Assembly: GCA_964397435.1 (NCBI GenBank)
Contig: CAYNHU010000001.1
Span: forward strand, 209 to 64,208
Origin: an uncultured Candidatus Saccharibacteria bacterium
GTDB taxonomy: Bacteria > Patescibacteriota > Minisyncoccia > Phycocordibacterales > UBA9973
DNA length: 64,000 nt
Direction: 5' to 3'
Shown here: positions 58,531 through 64,000 of the stretch, piece after piece
Position numbering within the stretch: position 1 is the first letter of the stretch
Layout: each line of letters starts with the position of its first letter
Notes under the pieces: model-generated
The model's database searches: none
Told to the model about the DNA's origin: nothing
The model's input: the letters and a program-made list of their open reading frames with translations, nothing else
Made by a program: the position numbers and the translations under genes

Positions 58531-60216
58531 CTACTTTTTCTTTTTTTTACTCAATATCGCTGTTGCGATCTGAGTAATAGTAGCAAGTGTGTTCGGGTCA
58601 AGACCCTTAACATCAAAGTTCTCTTTCGAAATATCAAGCCAGATTCTAGCTCGTTTTTCTACCTCAGCCTCATTAAGACCAGGGAAAGAACGCTTAATTA
58701 CATCCTTAACCTGTGTTAACTCTGACTGGAGCGCCATCGCATCCTTCAGCTTACCAACAAATAAAGGTTGGCTCATTGAAGAAAAGACATACAGTTTTAC
58801 ACCGATTGTTGCAAGAGCACCCCTCACAATCTTATCTACCTCATTACATAAAGCAAATGATTCCTGATCATCAGGATCGTTTTTGTCCACATCCGGTAAA
58901 TTTCTTTTAACAATCGTTAGGGCTTCGTCTAAGCTCTTTTTTCTAGCTACAATACCAATTGCCTTGTAGTACTCGTTACGAATCATCTCGTTGAAATCCT
59001 CAGTTTTTGCACCTGGGAATCTCATAATCCAGTCAACGTTAGTATCCATAGGATACACCAAGAATTCAAACTCTCTAATTCTAATAAAGGTGTTGCCTTT
59101 AAACATGAAAGTTACTTTTTCTGGGTCGTTAGATGGATTAAGTTTCTCTTTCCGCTTATCTAAGTTTACATCTGGGTTACCACCTTGCGAATCAGGTATA
59201 CCTAAAATGTAGAACCATGGCATTACCCAACCTTCACCTTGGTGAAATTGTGCTACTTGTGCTTGACTGAATCTTGATAGAATCAGTTTAATCACATGCG
59301 GATCAACACTCACACCACCTAAGTAGATTAAGTAAGTAAAGAAAGCGAAACTCATAAACGGTATGAGGGCATACAAAGCATCTGTACCATCATTTACTGA
59401 CAAGGTTCTAAGTGTAACAAACATTGTCGCTAACGATAGTACTAGTACAAACAGAAACCCGTAGTTAAAACCATTGTTGTCTGTAGCGTGATCATGATCA
59501 TGGCCATTGTGGTGACCACTACCATGATGTCCATCATGGTCATCATGACCGTCTTTTACCCCAAATCTAGCTTTCACTAGAAACTTAGGAGAAAATTTTA
59601 CGAGCAAGGCAACAATGATCAGGAATACCATTACAGTTACCACTGTGAACGTTATCCAGCTCAAAATACGGCTTGTTGGATTATCACTGCTCTGAGTTGC
59701 GTCAGTGATAAAACCAGTTGTGCCTGCTTCAAGTGCAGGGTTAGAAAAATCAATCGAACAACCATCATAGGTAGAACACCTGCCGAAACCAATCGTAACT
59801 GGTTTGGTGCCGGTATTTGTAAAAAGTACAAATTCTGTTCCATAACGAAGATCGCTATTCCCTTTGTCGTCAACAGCCGTTAAGCCATCTTCTCCATTTG
59901 GGAAATCGTATGGGTAGTACTCTTTCGGGTTATCGTTTGCTTTAAACGTCACACCGGGTATAAGAGTGTAGTAATGGTACTGACCAACTGACATTTCAGT
60001 TGGTAAGTATACTTCTGCATCTTCTGACACAAGAGTACCTCGGCCAATAACCGTGTGCATTATTACTTTTTTCTCACCACCGAAAATCATCCAAGCTGCT
60101 ATCAGTAAAAATACGATAAAGATAACTGCTGTGATTGTGGTGTAAAAAGAAGAATGTTTAGTAGTGTCTCCACCACCATGTCCGTGGTCGTCATGACCTT
60201 CTGCGTGTGCGCTCAT
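58531..60216 (-). CDS. Multi-TM protein with His-rich tracts and an SPFH-like C-terminal domain
   Basis: HAEGHDDHGH and GHDDHDGHHGSGHHNGHDHDH; four TM; GEGWVMPW...SLDEAL...GVKL...LKDAM. Confidence 0.65.
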   Translation of the reverse strand: MSAHAEGHDDHGHGGGDTTKHSSFYTTITAVIFIVFLLIAAWMIFGGEKKVIMHTVIGRGTLVSEDAEVYLPTEMSVGQYHYYTLIPGVTFKANDNPKEYYPYDFPNGEDGLTAVDDKGNSDLRYGTEFVLFTNTGTKPVTIGFGRCSTYDGCSIDFSNPALEAGTTGFITDATQSSDNPTSRILSWITFTVVTVMVFLIIVALLVKFSPKFLVKARFGVKDGHDDHDGHHGSGHHNGHDHDHATDNNGFNYGFLFVLVLSLATMFVTLRTLSVNDGTDALYALIPFMSFAFFTYLIYLGGVSVDPHVIKLILSRFSQAQVAQFHQGEGWVMPWFYILGIPDSQGGNPDVNLDKRKEKLNPSNDPEKVTFMFKGNTFIRIREFEFLVYPMDTNVDWIMRFPGAKTEDFNEMIRNEYYKAIGIVARKKSLDEALTIVKRNLPDVDKNDPDDQESFALCNEVDKIVRGALATIGVKLYVFSSMSQPLFVGKLKDAMALQSELTQVKDVIKRSFPGLNEAEVEKRARIWLDISKENFDVKGLDPNTLATITQIATAILSKKKKK

Positions 60217-60333
60217 TGTTTATTTATTGTTTTTAAGTTACTGGGCATAAAATGTACCCATTAGTACTATTATATCAGATTTTAGTGCTTTAGTCAAGGG
60301 CAAGAGAGGCTTGGTATATAAGGGTAAAAATAC

Positions 60334-60364
60334 AAAAGCGCCCCGCATAGCGGGGCGCTTTTTA
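60334..60364. terminator. 13-bp perfect hairpin ending the pilin array
   Basis: aaaagcgccccgc-ata-gcggggcgctttt. Confidence 0.8.
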
Positions 60365-60391
60365 AGCTCTATAAACCTCACTACTGAGAGT

Positions 60392-60718
60392 TTATTGAGG
60401 AAGTACGATAGGTGTTCCTGGTGGGCCTTGAATCCCGAATGTATTGATGATTAATCGCATAATGCCAAAGACTGACACCATAATCAATAAACCAACCAAA
60501 CCCCAGAAAATATGTCGCTTACCGTCCATGACCGCCTTTTCTTCCCCACCACCTTGATTCATGAGAAATTCAACAATTCCCCAAATGAACACAAGGAGTG
60601 CGAGTGCCATCATAAATACGATAATCGGATTTATGATTTGTGTACCGAGACGATAAATCAATGTATCGATCGTTACAGCATGCGCGATATGAGTACTGGT
60701 AAACCACCATCCAAACAT
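60392..60718 (-). CDS. VirB2/TrbC-like pilin
   Basis: AHA|, FIWGIVEF...DGKRHIFWGLVGLLIMVSVFGI. Confidence 0.75.
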   Translation of the reverse strand: MFGWWFTSTHIAHAVTIDTLIYRLGTQIINPIIVFMMALALLVFIWGIVEFLMNQGGGEEKAVMDGKRHIFWGLVGLLIMVSVFGIMRLIINTFGIQGPPGTPIVLPQ

Positions 60719-60723
60719 ATAAA

Positions 60724-61104
60724 TTATTGACAGCCAGGTGTAAGAGGATCGTTGTCGATCACACAGGGGATCTGACTTGAGTTAAGTGTACCGCCACCAA
60801 CACCGAAGAGTGTCTGGAGAGCAGCTACGAGACCCCAGATTGAGAGGATCACAAAGAGACCAATAACACCGTAGAAAATAGCGTTCTTTGCTTTTGCACG
60901 CTCTTCTTCGTTTGTTTTTGTAACGAAACTGATGATTGCCCATGCGATGTAAAGGAAACCGAGGGTAATCAAAACTGGCATCAAGTAACTAAGCACTTTC
61001 TGCAAGATGTTCAAGAGCGCAAACAACTGTGTTGCGTCCTGAGCGAAAGCAACAAATGGTGTAAACGCAAGTGCGATCAATCCTGCTTTTTTCAAATTCT
61101 TCAT
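60724..61104 (-). CDS. VirB2/TrbC-like pilin
   Basis: AFA|, EEERAKAKNAIFYGVIGLFVILSIWGLV. Confidence 0.8.
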   Translation of the reverse strand: MKNLKKAGLIALAFTPFVAFAQDATQLFALLNILQKVLSYLMPVLITLGFLYIAWAIISFVTKTNEEERAKAKNAIFYGVIGLFVILSIWGLVAALQTLFGVGGGTLNSSQIPCVIDNDPLTPGCQ

Positions 61105-61198
61105 ACTATGAATTACTAAAAACTAATAATGTGACCTTATACCTATACACCTAGTATACCATAAGCAACTCCCCTGTATGCAAGTGAGTTACCCACAT

Positions 61199-61831
61199 TT
61201 AGATGCCGAACAACATTCGCATTGCACCAACAATACCCCAAACAGAAAGCATCACGAACAGTGCGAGCACGCCCCAAAGCATAATCTGTTTGGACTTCTT
61301 GCGTTCCTCAACTGAATCAGCAGAAAGTACATACTGAACTACTCCCCAGGTGAAATAGAGTGACGCAAAACTAATCGCAATCGTAATCAAAAAATTATTA
61401 ATGACACACGTTGCGACAATAAAAATATCTCGGAATGTTTTAATACTCACCTTACAGGTAGCAGCCTGAGAAACAGCTGACTGGTTGGTTGCCTTGCCTG
61501 CATTATACAAACCAGTGTTTACATCTGTGTATGATTGGTTTGGATTAAAAATGTCTTTGTTGATTGTATTGTTTGAAGCATTGGCTGCATCTTTTGCACT
61601 TGTATTTGCTGACTGTGCTTGTGTGTTAATCCACTGGTTGTAGATAGAACCACTTGGCAATGAACTGTTAGTTGAACTCGCATTCCACTGAATGTTCTGA
61701 TTGTCAGCAGCACCTTGAGAATATGAACTATCGTAATTTGTTGCCGGTGTTGTTTGAGCAAACACACTCAATGGCAAAAACACACTGAGGGCAATCACAC
61801 TTATGAAACTAATGATTACTTTTGTACGCAT
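61199..61831 (-). CDS. VirB2/TrbC-like pilin with Asn/Ser/Gln-rich N-terminal extension
   Basis: VFA|, EERKKSKQIMLWGVLALFVMLSVWGIV. Confidence 0.78.
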   Translation of the reverse strand: MRTKVIISFISVIALSVFLPLSVFAQTTPATNYDSSYSQGAADNQNIQWNASSTNSSLPSGSIYNQWINTQAQSANTSAKDAANASNNTINKDIFNPNQSYTDVNTGLYNAGKATNQSAVSQAATCKVSIKTFRDIFIVATCVINNFLITIAISFASLYFTWGVVQYVLSADSVEERKKSKQIMLWGVLALFVMLSVWGIVGAMRMLFGI

Positions 61832-61839
61832 GGGAAATA

Positions 61840-62244
61840 TTAGGCCATGAACGCCTCAATCGTTGCTTTAATAACTGTTGCAATCATCCACGCTCCAAGC
61901 AATACGCCAGCACCAATGAGTGTGTAGAGCAGTCGTGTTTTTGCTTTTTCAAGTTTCTCACTATTACCGCGAGCGAGCACGAACATCAAACCTGCATAAA
62001 TGATAAAGGCAGCAACGATTGGAATTGCGACTTTAAGAATGATACCAAGCAGTTTAGCAATAAATGATGAGAAATCTGAGACGTTAATTGGGTTCTGAAT
62101 TTTACCAACAGCCTGTGTAGCGGTTGTTTGAGGAGTAGCCGGACCAGCTGATTGACCACCCGCTGCATAGACAAGAGAAACTGGAACGAGCATAACTGCG
62201 AACATTCCCAAACTAACAATGAGTGATGCAAAATATGTTTTCAT
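61840..62244 (-). CDS. VirB2/TrbC-like pilin
   Basis: VYA|, IQNPI, IYAGLMFVLARGNSEKLEKAKTRLLYTLIG. Confidence 0.82.
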   Translation of the reverse strand: MKTYFASLIVSLGMFAVMLVPVSLVYAAGGQSAGPATPQTTATQAVGKIQNPINVSDFSSFIAKLLGIILKVAIPIVAAFIIYAGLMFVLARGNSEKLEKAKTRLLYTLIGAGVLLGAWMIATVIKATIEAFMA

Positions 62245-62248
62245 ATTA

Positions 62249-63496
62249 TTATAAGAAACTACTATACGCTCCCCCGACGCCGAAGGCAGCTAAAATTGTT
62301 TTGATAATTAAGACCGCCATAAGGATAAATATAAAGCCGATCGCAACGTTGATAAAGATACCTTTCGCTTTTGCACGAGCTTCTTCACTTGCGCCGTTAG
62401 TCAAATACAAGAAACCAGCATACGCAAAGAGTGCTGCAGCAATCGGTACTGTTGCGTAAATCAACCATGTGAGTGCTTTGTTAAACATTGTCATGAGCTC
62501 ATTCCATCCGCAACGAGAAAGCGAAAGTCGTCCGTCGCACGGAACGAGTCCGCCTGACATATCAGGTGATGTATTCTTGGCTACTTTTGATGATACTGGT
62601 ACGAGTGGTTGTGTTGGGGTTGTTGGGGTTATTGGCGTAGTTGGAGTTGTAGACGCACCAAACATACCGGTAACATACTCGTTGCCTTCCTCATCAATCA
62701 AACGATAGCTGATTGTTTTTGGGTCGATAGTAAAACTCTGACTATCAACGACAAATCCCTGTGTTGTTGGGAGTGTATAGGTAAGTGTCTGTGGTGCGGT
62801 TGCTCCAACAGATCGAGTACCAAAGTTTGGGACTTCACCAGAGAAAAAGATACTCGCATGATACGTAAGTACAAAGTCTGCATCATGTCCTGATGCGGGA
62901 GTGTCGTAAATTGTGAATGTGACTGTCAGACCATCGCTACTTACGGATGGAACAACAGTGAGACCATTAACAACGCCTGCGCCATATGTCGGTGATGTTG
63001 GTGTTGTGGGCGTGGTTGGAGTTGTTGGTGTAGTTGGAGTTGTTGACGGAACAACAAACGTACCAGTGTGATATACCTTGCCGAGTGCAACGTCACGGAT
63101 TTCGTATGTGTAGTTTGTACCTGCAGCCATTCCTGTGTATGGAACTTCAATAGTAACTTCTGTTTTTTTGTTTGCCGGTGTGTTTGCGGCTCGTGTTCCA
63201 ATACCAGACACAGTATGAACATCTGCCACATCGCCTGTTGGCCACCAGACACCAATGAAATCAATTTTTGCATCAGTAGCTCCTGTCGCCCAAAAACTTT
63301 GAATGAATGTTGTATCTGCTTGTCCAGGATACTGATTAGCAATATCAGTTGTCGGATCAACGACAACGGTATTTACGTTCTGTGCCCACACTGGAATCGA
63401 ACCAAAAAGTGCAGTGAGTATAAGTATGCCAAGTACAACAATAATCGATAGGTATCGAGTAATGTGTGTGCTGTGATTGCATAAGTATGTTTTCAT
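62249..63496 (-). CDS. Large pilin-domain protein with two beta-rich domains and PTT linkers
   Basis: VWA|, (PTT)n x2, GLVPCDG..C, AYAGFLYLTNGASEEARAKAKGIFINVAIG. Confidence 0.8.
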   Translation of the reverse strand: MKTYLCNHSTHITRYLSIIVVLGILILTALFGSIPVWAQNVNTVVVDPTTDIANQYPGQADTTFIQSFWATGATDAKIDFIGVWWPTGDVADVHTVSGIGTRAANTPANKKTEVTIEVPYTGMAAGTNYTYEIRDVALGKVYHTGTFVVPSTTPTTPTTPTTPTTPTSPTYGAGVVNGLTVVPSVSSDGLTVTFTIYDTPASGHDADFVLTYHASIFFSGEVPNFGTRSVGATAPQTLTYTLPTTQGFVVDSQSFTIDPKTISYRLIDEEGNEYVTGMFGASTTPTTPITPTTPTQPLVPVSSKVAKNTSPDMSGGLVPCDGRLSLSRCGWNELMTMFNKALTWLIYATVPIAAALFAYAGFLYLTNGASEEARAKAKGIFINVAIGFIFILMAVLIIKTILAAFGVGGAYSSFL

Positions 63497-63539
63497 GTCT
63501 TTATATATGATACCGCGAATAGGTATTGGTCACAAGTAA

Positions 63540-64000
63540 TTATTTACCAAAAATGACCGAGAATTTACTCTGGGCATTACCAACCGCTTCGACAATTGTA
63601 GCTGCTCCACGAACAACATCATCAACCATTCCATTAAAAATACGGTTCGTATCATCCATACCCGGGTCATACCATCCACGAGCGATGATTGCTGACTGGT
63701 ATAAAACTGGCGCAATACTTGTTTGTGGGACCTGACTCAACAAATCGCGACGAGCTGGCGCAACTGGAGCAGCGGTGTTCAACCCTTCAACAACTTTTTT
63801 AGCAAAATCAGCACCTGTTAAATCAGAAGCAACATACATTGCGGTTGAGAGGTTTCGACTCGCTTTAATAACAGCAAGCGCCTGTGTTTTACCAAATGTA
63901 ATCTGTGTGCCTGTCGTAGTTGCTTGCGGAACTTTTGCAATATCAAAGTTAAGGTTTGGGTTTTGCGCAACAATTGACGGCAATTCACTTGCATACCCAA
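63540..64000 (-). CDS. Extracellular solute-binding protein-like, C-terminal part (runs off the window)
   Basis: NPNLNFDIAKVPQ, APARRDLL, IFNGMVDDVVRG; frame open to the window end. Confidence 0.65.
   Translation of the reverse strand, partial: GYASELPSIVAQNPNLNFDIAKVPQATTTGTQITFGKTQALAVIKASRNLSTAMYVASDLTGADFAKKVVEGLNTAAPVAPARRDLLSQVPQTSIAPVLYQSAIIARGWYDPGMDDTNRIFNGMVDDVVRGAATIVEAVGNAQSKFSVIFGK

Noticed and set aside
49083-63050. Possible CRISPR-like repeats (49083-49378, 62605-63050, also 42163-90)
   Set aside because: Coding low-complexity repeats or a microsatellite; no constant repeat with unique spacers and no cas genes

Overview
Gene-dense bacterial chromosome segment, most consistent with a Patescibacteria/CPR (Parcubacteria-like) genome in genetic code 11. 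The taxon is inferred from the VirB2-like pilin array, short UvrC and Rel, DUF4446-infB-rbfA and the scarcity of Shine-Dalgarno motifs. The core is housekeeping: uvrC/uvrA, mraZ-rsmH-ftsL-ftsI-murF, lysS, greA, femX-like, mrdA, a MarR/EmrAB-type efflux operon, dnaX, purA/guaB, dus, ftsQ-like, serS, dprA-topA, psd, rel, parB, miaA, rpmG, alr plus a tandem double-domain Ddl, clpB, an IscS-type desulfurase, infB and rbfA. There are 10 tRNA genes, none with encoded CCA. Most notable: (1) a free-standing two-motif LAGLIDADG endonuclease gene inside a tRNA cluster, broken by one TGA at an expected Trp and ending inside tRNA-Leu(TAG); (2) five tandem VirB2-like pilin genes with variable N-terminal domains; (3) many long perfect palindromes, often with C-GAA-G triloops, both between and inside genes; (4) pervasive leaderless-type promoters; (5) a double Ddl with Tyr/Phe omega-loop variants plus a separate degenerate Ddl; (6) AT-rich accessory islets beside tRNAs, including a HEPN-motif protein; (7) a structured leader upstream of guaB-purA. 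No CRISPR array, rRNA, integrase or transposase was seen. All calls come from reading the sequence; no database searches were run.
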